Shown: piece after piece, positions 1 to 11,206 of the stretch
Numbering within the stretch: the stretch's first letter is position 1
How the letters are laid out: each line of letters starts with the position of its first letter
The notes under the pieces: model-generated
What the model was told of the DNA's origin: nothing
Database searches by the model: none
The model's input: the letters and a program-made list of their open reading frames with translations, nothing else
Translations under genes and position numbers: made by a program
NCBI GenBank assembly: GCA_963768055.1
Contig: CAVYGN010000002.1
Location: forward strand, 192,001 to 256,000
Length of the DNA: 64,000 nucleotides
DNA from: an uncultured Spirochaetota bacterium
GTDB lineage: Bacteria; Spirochaetota; Brevinematia; Brevinematales; JAOACQ01
Direction of reading: 5' to 3'

Positions 1-315
1 TATATGCGAAGCTATCATGTTGAAGCCGTTCTTAACTTCTGCCCGGCCTATAATCACAAGAAGAATATTTCGGTTTCCGTTTTTAATAATTATCCTTTCA
101 CCAGGTTCATATTTTACGGATTCCAGGCCCTTGAAACCTGTTTTTAACGCCTCGCTTTCAATAAATCTCACACACTCCCTTTCCGTTTTACATTCGCTCA
201 TGAATTTCTTGTAATCGGCCGCAAAGTCGAATATGACGTTCTTATTAGTATCGCTCGCTTTTGTCCAGACGCTTTTTCTTTCATATCCGAATGGAGATTT
301 TTTAGGCTCAGGCAT
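1..315 (-). CDS. M18 family aminopeptidase, N-terminal part (runs off the window edge)
   Basis: Manual translation from ATG at 315 after GGAGG gives MPEPKKSPFGYERKSVW...YKKFMSECKTERECV...GFNMIASHI. KTERE and ASHI(DSP) are M18 aminopeptidase motifs. Not in the ORF track. Confidence 0.8.
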   Translation of the reverse strand, partial: MPEPKKSPFGYERKSVWTKASDTNKNVIFDFAADYKKFMSECKTERECVRFIESEALKTGFKGLESVKYEPGERIIIKNGNRNILLVIIGRAEVKNGFNMIASHI

Positions 316-410
316 ATCTGTCCTCCGTTCAATGAGAAATATATTCGATTATTTTAAATCAACGGACTGCAAATTGCAAAGAAAGTCCGGAAAAATAGGA
401 AATTCCCATA

Positions 411-439
411 TTGACAATTATTTTTAAGCCCGTTAAAAT
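411..439 (+). promoter_or_regulatory. sigma70-type promoter
   Basis: TTGACA-17nt-TAAAAT upstream of the ORF at 485. Confidence 0.6.
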
Positions 440-484
440 CAATTAATATTCAAGGGCGCGACGACCGCGAAGGGGGAGTGCGAT

Positions 485-1849
485 ATGTTTTTTAAAATTT
501 TTCTCTACTCAACCCTTTTTATCTGCCTTTTTGTACCGGCTATTCATTCCCAGGAGACCGCAAAAAGGGAAAAGGTCCTGATCCTTCCTTTCAGGAACGA
601 GTCGGATACGAAGCAGTACGTCAATTCGGGTATTTTCCAGGAAATATTTTCGCGTTCGTTCTATACATTCATAAGCATCCTTCCGGTTATAGACGTTCCG
701 GATATGGGGAAAACCCGCAGCCTTTCCATATCATCATCCAATGTACAGGACTACGCCGACCTGGAAAAGGCAAGGATTATTATCTACGGCAGCTACCGCT
801 TTTACGGAGTTAAGACAAATCCTAAGATCATGGCGATGCTTACAGCTTACGACGGAGTCGGAAGGACTAACATCTTCAATAAAACTTATGAAACTACGAC
901 CGCCACGGAGGTATTCGACGATATTGACACCATGATCTCCGAGGTTATGAAAGCCGCCCTGAATATCGATGTTAAAAATATAGCCGCCATACACTTCAAG
1001 AATTTCAGAATTGCTTCGGAAACATACCTGCTTTATATCAACAACCGTCTCATAGCTACCCCTACGAATACAAACTTTTCGCTTACCCTGAAAGTCATGC
1101 CCGAAACGAACTATTCAATCGTACTCAAGCAGGAGGAAGGGGATAGGACGGTACTGGAAACGGATGTAAGGCTTCCCCTGAACGGTTCTACAAATATCAG
1201 CTACACCGGATATGGTGTCATCAGGATAGAGGAAATAGCCCGGAAAGACCGGGCAAAGTCTTACAGCCTCTCCTTTGACGGAAAGCAGATCCCGGAGAAC
1301 AGCGTTTTTTCGAATGTTCCCACGGATGTTACACACAGCGTGGTCCTTGTGGAAGACCTTACAAATACTATTTTTTCTACTAATTTCGACCTTTATGACA
1401 GCCAGTACATCGACGTCAGGCCGGAAGCCAACGGTTTCTTTCCCCTTCATGCCAAGCTGATCTCCCTGGATTACGATATAGTAACCCTGGTCGGCCAGTA
1501 TTTCCCCTTCGACCGGTACTTCTGGGTGGGCGCCGGGTGCGGGCTTTATGTTTTCGCCGATACGGTCTATCAATTATATTATGTATCCCCGCTTATTGAA
1601 ATAGGCTATTACTTTATCGGCGATATGGACCGTAATTTCCGCCTCGGAGCGGGGCTGATCGGACGGGCCAATTACGTCTTATCCCCTGAAACTATCCCCG
1701 AAGGAGTATCCCCGTCGGTATTCAATATCGGGGTTTTCATAACTTTCGACGCCTGGTTCCTGACCGTCCAGCCCGAATGCTACGTTTACTGGGACGATAG
1801 CGGCAAGATTAATGGCTCGTTTTGCATTGCAATGGGTGTTCATTTTTAA
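485..1849 (+). CDS. Exported hypothetical protein, possibly with a C-terminal outer-membrane beta-strand region
   Basis: 454 aa ORF with signal peptide, N-terminal VLILPF (CsgG/TolB-N-like) start, and a C-terminal amphipathic beta pattern ending in F. Confidence 0.75.
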   Translation: MFFKIFLYSTLFICLFVPAIHSQETAKREKVLILPFRNESDTKQYVNSGIFQEIFSRSFYTFISILPVIDVPDMGKTRSLSISSSNVQDYADLEKARIIIYGSYRFYGVKTNPKIMAMLTAYDGVGRTNIFNKTYETTTATEVFDDIDTMISEVMKAALNIDVKNIAAIHFKNFRIASETYLLYINNRLIATPTNTNFSLTLKVMPETNYSIVLKQEEGDRTVLETDVRLPLNGSTNISYTGYGVIRIEEIARKDRAKSYSLSFDGKQIPENSVFSNVPTDVTHSVVLVEDLTNTIFSTNFDLYDSQYIDVRPEANGFFPLHAKLISLDYDIVTLVGQYFPFDRYFWVGAGCGLYVFADTVYQLYYVSPLIEIGYYFIGDMDRNFRLGAGLIGRANYVLSPETIPEGVSPSVFNIGVFITFDAWFLTVQPECYVYWDDSGKINGSFCIAMGVHF

Positions 1850-1866
1850 TGAATAGGAGGGGCCAT

Positions 1867-2880
1867 ATGTTTAAAAGGGCTTTATCGCTAATCATCCGCT
1901 GTATCCTGCCGCTTTCGATATTCGCCTTGTTTTCATGCGAATGGCTCGCTCCTCCGGGGGTCTATGACAAGCTTCACAAGGGGTCGTCCTGGCACGAGGC
2001 GACGTCCAGCGCGGAGTTCTCATCAAGAGAAGCTCATACAAGCGTTGTCTTTAACAATAAAATGTGGGTCATCGGGGGGTATGGAGTAGGCGGCACCAAT
2101 AATGGATATCTCAACGACGTATGGTATTCATACGATGGGACTAACTGGTCCGAAGCTACTGCGAACGCTGGATTTTCTCCAAGAGCCGAGCATACAACCG
2201 TTGCCTTTAATAATAAAATTTGGGTGATCGGAGGTTATGCCACAACTAACCTTGATGATGTGTGGTATTCTAGCGATGGCGTAACCTGGGTACAGGAGCC
2301 GGCGAGCGGCATTGGGTTTTCAGCCAGATGTCTACATGCAAGCGTTGTCTTTAACAATAAAATGTGGGTCATCGGGGGGTACGACGGCACTAGCGACCTC
2401 AGCGACGTGTGGTATTCGACGGACGGGGCGAACTGGACGCAGGCGACGTCGAACGCAGTTTTCCCTTCAAGGGAGGGACACACCCTAGTGTCCACCAGCA
2501 GCGTAATATGGCTTGTCGGAGGATACAGCGACGCCAGCTACAACTATCTCAGCGACGTCTGGTATTCGGCCGACGGAAAAAACTGGTCGGAAGCGACGCA
2601 CAGTGCGTCGTTCGATTCGAGAACCCGCCACACAAGCGTTATCTTCAACTTTGAAAACGCCATGTGGGTCATCGGGGGATACGACATCAATGTCAACTCC
2701 GCTACCAACGACGTGTGGTATTCGCCCGACGGGACTAACTGGACGGAAGCTGCTTCGAGCGCAGGCTTCGACACGAGATACGCCCACACCAGCGTTGTCT
2801 TCAACAACGCAATGTGGGTGATAGGGGGGTACAACGACAACAATTACAGTTACTATAACGATGTATGGTATTCACAATAG
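1867..2880 (+). CDS. Kelch/beta-propeller repeat lipoprotein
   Basis: GGAGG then ATG at 1867; lipobox LFSC; six repeats of R-x-x-H-x-S-V-V-F-N-N-K-M-W-V-I-G-G-Y...DVWYS-x-DG-x-N-W. Confidence 0.85.
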   Translation: MFKRALSLIIRCILPLSIFALFSCEWLAPPGVYDKLHKGSSWHEATSSAEFSSREAHTSVVFNNKMWVIGGYGVGGTNNGYLNDVWYSYDGTNWSEATANAGFSPRAEHTTVAFNNKIWVIGGYATTNLDDVWYSSDGVTWVQEPASGIGFSARCLHASVVFNNKMWVIGGYDGTSDLSDVWYSTDGANWTQATSNAVFPSREGHTLVSTSSVIWLVGGYSDASYNYLSDVWYSADGKNWSEATHSASFDSRTRHTSVIFNFENAMWVIGGYDINVNSATNDVWYSPDGTNWTEAASSAGFDTRYAHTSVVFNNAMWVIGGYNDNNYSYYNDVWYSQ

Positions 2881-2892
2881 GAGGATATTTTT

Positions 2893-3084
2893 ATGAGTGT
2901 AGAAAGTTACAAATGCAGGACTTGCGGAAGCACGGCAGAGGGAAATGACGGCAAGGCCCCTGTCTGCTGCGGGGAGCCGATGGAACTCCTCGACGTCTGC
3001 ACCGAAGCCCCTTCTGCAGAACATGAAAGACCATGGAACGAAGATAAACCCTGCGACGACGGAAGGGCCGGCAAGAGAATTTAG
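2893..3084 (+). CDS. Small desulforedoxin-like/zinc-ribbon metal-binding protein
   Basis: GGAGG RBS; YKCxxCG...CCGEPM motif plus further Cys/His. Confidence 0.7.
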   Translation: MSVESYKCRTCGSTAEGNDGKAPVCCGEPMELLDVCTEAPSAEHERPWNEDKPCDDGRAGKRI

Positions 3085-3103
3085 GAAAGCGGGCGGTCCT
3101 TTT

Positions 3104-3622
3104 ATGAAATTTAATGAACTGATAAATATCCGTGAATCCGTCCGCTCTTATGACGAAAGCCGGACGGTATCAAGGGAAAAGCTGCTCCGGGTACTTGAAG
3201 CCGGAAGACTCGCCCCGTCTGCCGCAAATTACCAGCCCTGGAAATTCGTCCTGGTATCTTCGCCTGAAATGCTGAATAAAATCAGGCCTTGCTACAATAA
3301 ATCCTGGTTCCAAAAAGCCCCGCATATCCTTATTGTCAAGGGTAAACATTCAAAGGGATGGGTAAGGAAAATCGACGGCTATAATTTCCTGGAAACGGAC
3401 CTTGCAATCGCCATGACCCATATGATCCTGGCTGCGGCGGAAGAGGGATTGTGCACATGCTGGATAGCGAACTTCGATCCCGCAATTGTCAAAAAGGCGC
3501 TCGGCCTTGACGACGATGATATTCCCTTCTATGTCACGCCCCTGGGTTATCCCGAACCCGGTTATGTAGTAACAGGAATAAAGAACAGGAAAAAACTCGA
3601 GGAAATCGCCGTTTTTATTTGA
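3104..3622 (+). CDS. Nitroreductase family protein
   Basis: RESVRSY, APSAANYQPW and GLCTCWI motifs; start taken at ATG 3104 (MKFNEL). Confidence 0.9.
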   Translation: MKFNELINIRESVRSYDESRTVSREKLLRVLEAGRLAPSAANYQPWKFVLVSSPEMLNKIRPCYNKSWFQKAPHILIVKGKHSKGWVRKIDGYNFLETDLAIAMTHMILAAAEEGLCTCWIANFDPAIVKKALGLDDDDIPFYVTPLGYPEPGYVVTGIKNRKKLEEIAVFI

Positions 3623-3706
3623 TCCCCGGGATAAATCCATCCGCCCGCTTTACTTTTCTTAAGTTATTTCTTAAAATAATCACCCTAACAGGCTAATTTG
3701 GAGAAT

Positions 3707-3829
3707 ATGATGAATAAAGCAGAAATTAAGAGCCTTCAAAATGAAGCGAGAAAATTGCGCAGGAATATCAAACTTAGCAGCGGAGGCCGGCAAGATAATT
3801 CCAACCAGGAGCGCTTTTGGGTAAAGTAG
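3707..3829 (+). CDS. Possible 40-aa small protein (MMNKAEIKSLQNEARKLRR...)
   Basis: GGAG RBS then ATG; the ORF ends just before tsaE. No recognisable motif. Confidence 0.35.
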   Translation: MMNKAEIKSLQNEARKLRRNIKLSSGGRQDNSNQERFWVK

Positions 3830-3844
3830 AGCCCTCGGAAATAT

Positions 3845-4297
3845 ATGGAATTGAATGTTAGTTTTTTATCCCGGAATTCTGAAGAGACTTTAACGCTGGC
3901 CAGAAAACTTGCCTGCGAAAATTTGCCCCCGGGAAGCATATTCCTTCTGAAAGGGGAAGTCGGTTCCGGTAAAACGACATTTGTGAGGGGTTTCGTTTCT
4001 TCATGGGACCTGGACAGCCTTGTTACAAGCCCCACTTTCACTTTGATGAACGAATATTCGAATGATAAAATCAGGATCTGCCACTTCGACTTTTACAGGC
4101 TAAACAGCATGGAAGAGATCCTAGAGCTCGGCATTGAAGATTATCTGACAAGTTTCGATTATTCATTTATCGAATGGCCGGATATTGGAGAACCATTATT
4201 CAATTTCGATGCCATCAGGATAGATTTTAAAATGGGCGCAAATGAGAACGAGAGAATGATCCTTGTAAAATCTCAAGCAGGACTTTACAAAAGATAA
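3845..4297 (+). CDS. tsaE: tRNA threonylcarbamoyladenosine biosynthesis ATPase TsaE
   Basis: GEVGSGKTT Walker A, VTSPTFTL, HFDFYRL, IEWP. Confidence 0.95.
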   Translation: MELNVSFLSRNSEETLTLARKLACENLPPGSIFLLKGEVGSGKTTFVRGFVSSWDLDSLVTSPTFTLMNEYSNDKIRICHFDFYRLNSMEEILELGIEDYLTSFDYSFIEWPDIGEPLFNFDAIRIDFKMGANENERMILVKSQAGLYKR

Positions 4298-4327
4298 CTA
4301 ATTGAATAGTTAAAAAGGAGGCTGGTT

Positions 4328-5209
4328 ATGGAAAAGATCCGACTGGGTGTTATAGGCGGGAGCGGGGTTTACGAACTTAAAAATTTAAAAATACTTGAAG
4401 AAAAGGGTTTATCTACTCCGTTCGGAGACCCCTCCGATAAAATAACCGTCGGCAGGGTCGGCGAAAGGCTCGTAGCCTTCCTGCCCCGGCATGGCAAGGG
4501 CCACCGCATTTTACCCGGAGAAGTTCCGGTCAAAGCTAATATATACGCATTAAAATCTTTGGGCGTAGAGAAAATAATTTCTATAAGCGCGGTAGGGAGT
4601 TTGAAAGAGGAGATAAGGCCGACCGATATTGTTCTTCCCTCCCAGATCATAGATAAAACAAAGTGCCGGGAATCGTCCTTTTTCGGAGGAGGGGTAGTCG
4701 GCCATATCTCATTCGCAGACCCCTTCTGCGTCAATATGAAGTCGCAGATCAGGGACATTGCACTTAAATATTTCTCCGACAATAAGCTTTCTAAAAAACT
4801 ATTTACCGATGAAACCTATGTATGCATGGAAGGGCCGCAGTTTTCGACAAGGGCGGAAAGCAATCTTCACAGGAGCTGGGGCGCCGGCGTTATCGGAATG
4901 ACGGCGATACCTGAAGCAAAGCTGGCCCGCGAGGCTGAAATGTGTTATGTGACAATAGCCCTCGCCACCGATTACGACTGCTGGAAGGAGGGAGAAGAGG
5001 GGGTCGGCATTTCAATGGTGCTGGAATATATGAGAGAAAATAATAAGACGATAAACGAACTGCTCCCGCTGATACTTGAACAAATACCTGTCGGGGACGA
5101 GTGCTCCTGCCAATCGGCGGCCAGGTACGCAATAATTACGGCAAGGGATCTGATCCCGCCGAAAATTAAAAAAAGCCTGGCTTTGTTATACGATAAATAC
5201 TGGAAGTAG
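4328..5209 (+). CDS. mtnP: S-methyl-5'-thioadenosine phosphorylase
   Basis: GVIGGSG, FLPRHG, EGPQFSTRAES, GMT, ATDYDCW. Confidence 0.93.
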   Translation: MEKIRLGVIGGSGVYELKNLKILEEKGLSTPFGDPSDKITVGRVGERLVAFLPRHGKGHRILPGEVPVKANIYALKSLGVEKIISISAVGSLKEEIRPTDIVLPSQIIDKTKCRESSFFGGGVVGHISFADPFCVNMKSQIRDIALKYFSDNKLSKKLFTDETYVCMEGPQFSTRAESNLHRSWGAGVIGMTAIPEAKLAREAEMCYVTIALATDYDCWKEGEEGVGISMVLEYMRENNKTINELLPLILEQIPVGDECSCQSAARYAIITARDLIPPKIKKSLALLYDKYWK

Positions 5210-5220
5210 GAAAACGGATT

Positions 5221-5251
5221 GGAACCACAGATTGCACAGATGGCACAGATT
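5221..5251 (+). repeat. Left arm of an inverted tandem CACAGAT repeat
   Basis: GGAACCACAGATTGCACAGATGGCACAGATT; three units at 9-nt spacing. Confidence 0.85.
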
Positions 5252-5380
5252 AATTATTTTGGAAGTATCGGTGAAATCATATTATAATAATGAAAAACAT
5301 GTTTGCATTGGCCACAAATAAATTACTGATATAGATATAACTAAATTGTATTGTTAATCTGTATTAAGGATGTTATTATT

Positions 5381-6205
5381 ATGATGGTTTTTGAAAAAAC
5401 AGACTTATCAAACATTCTTTTAGATATGAAAGATGAAGCTTTTAATGCTTTAAACTATAAACGGGAAGAAAATGCTCATAGATTGTTTCTTTACCCCGCA
5501 ATGATGGTTCCATTAGCTCAAGAGATTATTTTAAATAAAATAAAGAACTTTATTCCTCAAAATGCAAGGGTAATTGATCCTTTTATGGGTGCTGCAACCT
5601 CTCTTGTTAGTTCAATGAAATTTGGATTTCATGTTTATGGTCAAGATATCAATCCACTTGCTATATTAATTAGTAAAGTAAAGACTGGACCATTTCTTTG
5701 TACTAAATTTAGAAATGATTTGGAGAAAATTATTGACGAAATAAAAAATGATAATAAAGAAGAAATAGAAGTTAATTTCAATAATATTGATAAATGGTTT
5801 AAAAAAGATATTCAAATTGAATTATCAAAAATAAGAAGGGCAATAAAAAAACAAAAAAATATTTTTAGTAGAAGATTTTTCTGGGTTGTTTTTGCTGAAA
5901 CAATTAGGCTAACTAGTAATGATAGGACTTCAACATATAAGTTGCATGTAAGAAGTATTGAAGATATTGAATCTCGAAAAGTCTCTCCTATTGATGAATT
6001 CATAAGAATTGGCAAAAGGAGACCAAACTATTCAGTAGATGAATTACCTAATTTGCCCCCTACTCCTTATAAAATTCTAACAAAAACTTTTAATTTTGGT
6101 ATTCAAAGGATAAAAAGATATAAATCTCCATATTCAGATGATTTATTACAAAAATTTATGCAATATTTATCAAGAAATGCTTTTGAGCATGATTTTGTAA
6201 TATAA
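5381..6205 (+). pseudogene. Truncated or chimeric amino-DNA methyltransferase (restriction-modification type), AT-rich
   Basis: H-x-L-F-x-YPAMM, SAM-binding motif DPFMG and GQDINPLA; no catalytic SPPY/DPPY/NPPY motif before the stop; markedly lower GC than flanking genes. Confidence 0.7.
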
Positions 6206-6226
6206 AATGATATACATCATTAAAAT

Positions 6227-6257
6227 ATCTGTGAAAATCTGTGAAATCTGTGGTTTC
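6227..6257 (-). repeat. Right arm of the inverted tandem CACAGAT repeat
   Basis: ATCTGTGAAAATCTGTGAAATCTGTGGTTTC; its reverse complement matches the arm at 5221-5251. Confidence 0.85.
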
Positions 6258-6288
6258 AACTTGTTTTATAGAGTAAAAAAGAGTATAA

Positions 6289-7953
<1,665 letters not shown>

Positions 7954-7959
7954 GCAGGT

Positions 7960-9408
7960 ATGAAATCCACAAAAATCGTCGCAACTATCGGCCCGAGTTC
8001 CAGTTCTCCTGAAATTATCAGGGCGCTTATGTCCGAAGGCGCCGATGTTTTCAGATTGAATTTCTCGCATGGAACTCTTGAAGACCACCTGAGAACCCTC
8101 AAGATCATAAGCGAGGCTTCAGGCGATCTCGAAAAAACGGCGGCTGTGTTTCAGGACCTGCAGGGTCCCAAGATACGCGTCGGATCCATAAACGGCGGTA
8201 CACTCCAGCTTAACGACGGCGAGACGCTTATCCTTTCCCCGGAACCGGTCGAAGGGGGCGTCTTTGAAGGAATTAAAAAAGTTTCCATCGATTATGCCGG
8301 TCTGAAGAATGAGGCCAACCCGGGAGACAGGATATTGATGGATGACGGCCTGCTGGAAATCAAGGTCGATAAAATCGATGAAGGTTCAATTTATACTACT
8401 GTGGTACATGGAGGGGTTTTGAAGCCTCACAAGGGTGTAAACCTTCCTCATGTTAAGCTTTCTATTTCAGCTCTTACAGAAAAGGATAAACGCGATCTTG
8501 ATTTCGCGTTTACCCACGATCTCGATTTTGTAGCCCTTTCTTTTGTGAGGCATTCCACAGACGTCAAAGGGCTTGCTTCATTGATGCTGAAAAAATATGG
8601 AAAAAAGATCCCTATCATTTCTAAAATAGAAAAACCCGAGGCCGTGGACGATCTCGATAATATAATCGATGCGTCGGATGCTTTAATGGTGGCAAGGGGC
8701 GACCTCGGCGTTGAAACCTCCCCGCAGGAGGTCCCAATTATCCAGAAAGAGATCATACGCAAATCGAACGCCGCAGGCAAACCTGTAATAACCGCTACGC
8801 AGATGCTCGAATCCATGGTTAATAATCCCAGCCCCACCAGAGCCGAAGCGAACGATGTTGCAAACGCCATTTTCGATGGAAGCGACGCCGTCATGCTTTC
8901 CGCTGAAACCGCATCGGGGAAATACCCGGTTGAAGCGGTCAGGATGATGAAAAGCATAGCCGGTAATGTAGAAGAAAGCTGGATTTTTAAAAACACGGTC
9001 TTTAAAAAACAGGTCAATTATAAAAATTTAAAGAAAAAAACTTTCGAGGACCCTGAAGAGGCGGTAAGCTTCGCTACCGTCGAACTTTCGGGCAGGATCG
9101 GGGCAAAGTTTATAGTTACGTTTACCCATAGCGGCAGAACCGCCAGGGATATAGCAAAATACAGGCCGATCATACCTATAGTTGCTATAAGCCCCGTTGC
9201 CTCCACTGTCAGGAGGCTCATGCTTTCCTGGGGTGTTACGCCTTTCGAACTGGGAGGCGCTGCATCCGTGGACGAAATACTTGAAGGATCCGCAGAACTC
9301 CTGAAATTTAAACAGCTTGTAAAAGAGGGAGATTTTATCGTAATAACGGCGGGGGTCCCGATCGGCGTCGAGGGAGGCACCAATATGATAAAGGTAGTCA
9401 AGATTTAA
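7960..9408 (+). CDS. pyk: Pyruvate kinase
   Basis: TKIVATIGP, RLNFSHG, MVARGDLGVE, ATQMLESM, PTRAE. Confidence 0.98.
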   Translation: MKSTKIVATIGPSSSSPEIIRALMSEGADVFRLNFSHGTLEDHLRTLKIISEASGDLEKTAAVFQDLQGPKIRVGSINGGTLQLNDGETLILSPEPVEGGVFEGIKKVSIDYAGLKNEANPGDRILMDDGLLEIKVDKIDEGSIYTTVVHGGVLKPHKGVNLPHVKLSISALTEKDKRDLDFAFTHDLDFVALSFVRHSTDVKGLASLMLKKYGKKIPIISKIEKPEAVDDLDNIIDASDALMVARGDLGVETSPQEVPIIQKEIIRKSNAAGKPVITATQMLESMVNNPSPTRAEANDVANAIFDGSDAVMLSAETASGKYPVEAVRMMKSIAGNVEESWIFKNTVFKKQVNYKNLKKKTFEDPEEAVSFATVELSGRIGAKFIVTFTHSGRTARDIAKYRPIIPIVAISPVASTVRRLMLSWGVTPFELGGAASVDEILEGSAELLKFKQLVKEGDFIVITAGVPIGVEGGTNMIKVVKI

Positions 9409-9418
9409 GAGATTAAAA

Positions 9419-9450
9419 ACAAGGGGCTGCCTTTTAGAGGCAGCCCCTTT
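9419..9450. terminator. Bidirectional intrinsic terminator
   Basis: AAGGGGCTGCCT-TTTAG-AGGCAGCCCCTT hairpin between convergent genes. Confidence 0.8.
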
Positions 9451-9481
9451 CTGGATGGGAGGTTTTCGTATCGTAAGGAGT

Positions 9482-9790
9482 TTATTTCTTTTTAGTATCT
9501 TCGATCTTCAAAGCGATATTTTTACCGTCTTCAACCTTATAGGTAATCTTCACAGTGTCCCCTACTTTTACGGCTGAAATATCCTTAACCCCTTTGAACT
9601 TTGTGTCGGCGCTAACATTAAATACCGTGTCTGTTTTCTTTACAGAAATATTCAAAGTATTCGCAGAAGCGTCAACAGCAGTTACCTTGCCCCCAGCCTT
9701 TAAATCGGCTTTCTTAGTGTCACCGAACCCGATACCGGCTATGGCAGTTACTAAGAGCAAAGCCATAACCATTGTGAGAGTTTTGTTCAT
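9482..9790 (-). CDS. Small secreted OB-fold-like (DUF5666-like) protein
   Basis: Signal peptide; GKVTAVD...VKVGDTVKITY pattern; GGAGG RBS. Confidence 0.7.
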   Translation of the reverse strand: MNKTLTMVMALLLVTAIAGIGFGDTKKADLKAGGKVTAVDASANTLNISVKKTDTVFNVSADTKFKGVKDISAVKVGDTVKITYKVEDGKNIALKIEDTKKK

Positions 9791-9811
9791 TATATATCCT
9801 CCAAAATTTAT

Positions 9812-10240
9812 TTAATTATTATTAATGACATCTTCCTCTGAAAATTGCTCAACGACAAACTGATAGTCCTTAAGATCATTCTGCGCGGCCCTGACAGTCG
9901 CCTTCCAGTAACCGCTGTTTTTATCAAGCACCAGCGGGATCTTCTTCTTTTCTTTATTTATTGTACCGACAAGGTTTACAGATTTCTCCGATCCGGAATT
10001 GCGGTATACGAAAACTACTTTTGAAGGCTTAAATTGATAAGAAATGAACAAAACAACCATTCCTGCTATAATACAAAGGGAAGACAAACTTACAAGTTTA
10101 AATAATCGAAGGAACACAAAACTTTTCTGGATCTTCCTTTCAATATATGCAAAAACTTTATCGCGTAAATTCTCGGGTATTTCCGCAGAGAACCATTCCC
10201 TTTCTTTTTCAATCAGATTGATGATATTATCCCTTTTCAT
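9812..10240 (-). CDS. Putative anti-sigma factor: one TM helix and a C-terminal CBM48/glycogen-binding-like domain
   Basis: Overlaps the ECF sigma stop; TM segment; VVFVY...SVNLVG...W...YQFVV pattern. Confidence 0.6.
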   Translation of the reverse strand: MKRDNIINLIEKEREWFSAEIPENLRDKVFAYIERKIQKSFVFLRLFKLVSLSSLCIIAGMVVLFISYQFKPSKVVFVYRNSGSEKSVNLVGTINKEKKKIPLVLDKNSGYWKATVRAAQNDLKDYQFVVEQFSEEDVINNN

Positions 10241-10773
10241 AACATGGTCTCCTTACCAAGGATTTGGTATAACTTTCCTTTCGTCCTGAAAAGCTTCACC
10301 TTGACATTATCTTCACTTAAATTAACAGATTCGGCTATTTCCTTGATACTGCAATCCTCATTATATTTCATATAAATGAGCGACTTTTCAAGGCTGGAAA
10401 GTTTGTCGATAGCCTCGAACAGTATGATCTTGTCCTCAAGGCTCAAATGGTCTTTTTCGTCGAATACGATATTCTCCAGGAAATCCTCATCAACATCAGC
10501 TTTTTTATGCTTTATCCTCTTTTTTAAAAAGGTTGCGAGAATATTCATTTCAATAGCGTAAAGCCAGCTGAAAAATTTCCTCTTTTCATCGAATTTGTTT
10601 ATATAGGAAAAAACCCTCCAGAATACTTCCTGTGTGATATCCTCGGCGTCAGCCCTGTTTTTAACATGGTAGTACGCGAAAGAGAAAACCAGCTTCTTAT
10701 AGGAATCTATAAGTTTCCCGAAGGCTTCGCTATTACCTCTTTTTGCCTGTTTTATGATCTCGCTTTCATCCAT
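10237..10773 (-). CDS. ECF-type RNA polymerase sigma factor
   Basis: DAEDITQEVF, FFSWLYAI and SIKEIAESVNLSEDNVKVKLFR (regions 2 and 4). Confidence 0.92.
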   Translation of the reverse strand: MDESEIIKQAKRGNSEAFGKLIDSYKKLVFSFAYYHVKNRADAEDITQEVFWRVFSYINKFDEKRKFFSWLYAIEMNILATFLKKRIKHKKADVDEDFLENIVFDEKDHLSLEDKIILFEAIDKLSSLEKSLIYMKYNEDCSIKEIAESVNLSEDNVKVKLFRTKGKLYQILGKETML

Positions 10774-10886
10774 AAACCTTCCTTTAAACAATTTAACGCT
10801 AGAAGTACGCTTGCCAGTAATAATATATTGATTATTATAATATACTATTTAATTTTTAGTAAGGTTACAGCAGGAAAGGAATTATT

Positions 10887-11154
10887 ATTAAAGATAATAT
10901 GCAACCCAATTTATGAAGTAAATTTTTTTACGCGCTGTATTCACAAGCTTGAACTGCAACGCTTTAAAACTGTCGCAAGCGCTGATTGAATTCTTTTTTT
11001 AATAAAGAAATTTTTTTTATAAATATGGGATTATTAAAATATAACGAGCAGCCTCAGTTAAGCGCTTGCTCCAGTTTTTCAGCGGCAGTTCTTACACTTG
11101 CTCATAACGCGCGTAAAAAAATTAACTTCAAATAACCTACATATTGTCTTTAAT
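10887..11154 (+). repeat. Long imperfect palindrome, A-type copy 1
   Basis: TGAAGTAAATTTTTTTACGCGC...GCGCGTAAAAAAATTAACTTCA stem with further nested stems; homologous to the copies at 13620 and 33176. Confidence 0.85.
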
Positions 11155-11206
11155 TCGGAAGGGATGGGATTGAGACTTTCTGGATGCTGATTTTCGATGG
11201 CAGTAA

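Noticed and set aside
2039..2880. Diversity-generating retroelement TR/VR pair
   Set aside because: The repeats are in-frame propeller blades, the differences are not confined to adenines, and there is no reverse transcriptase in the window.
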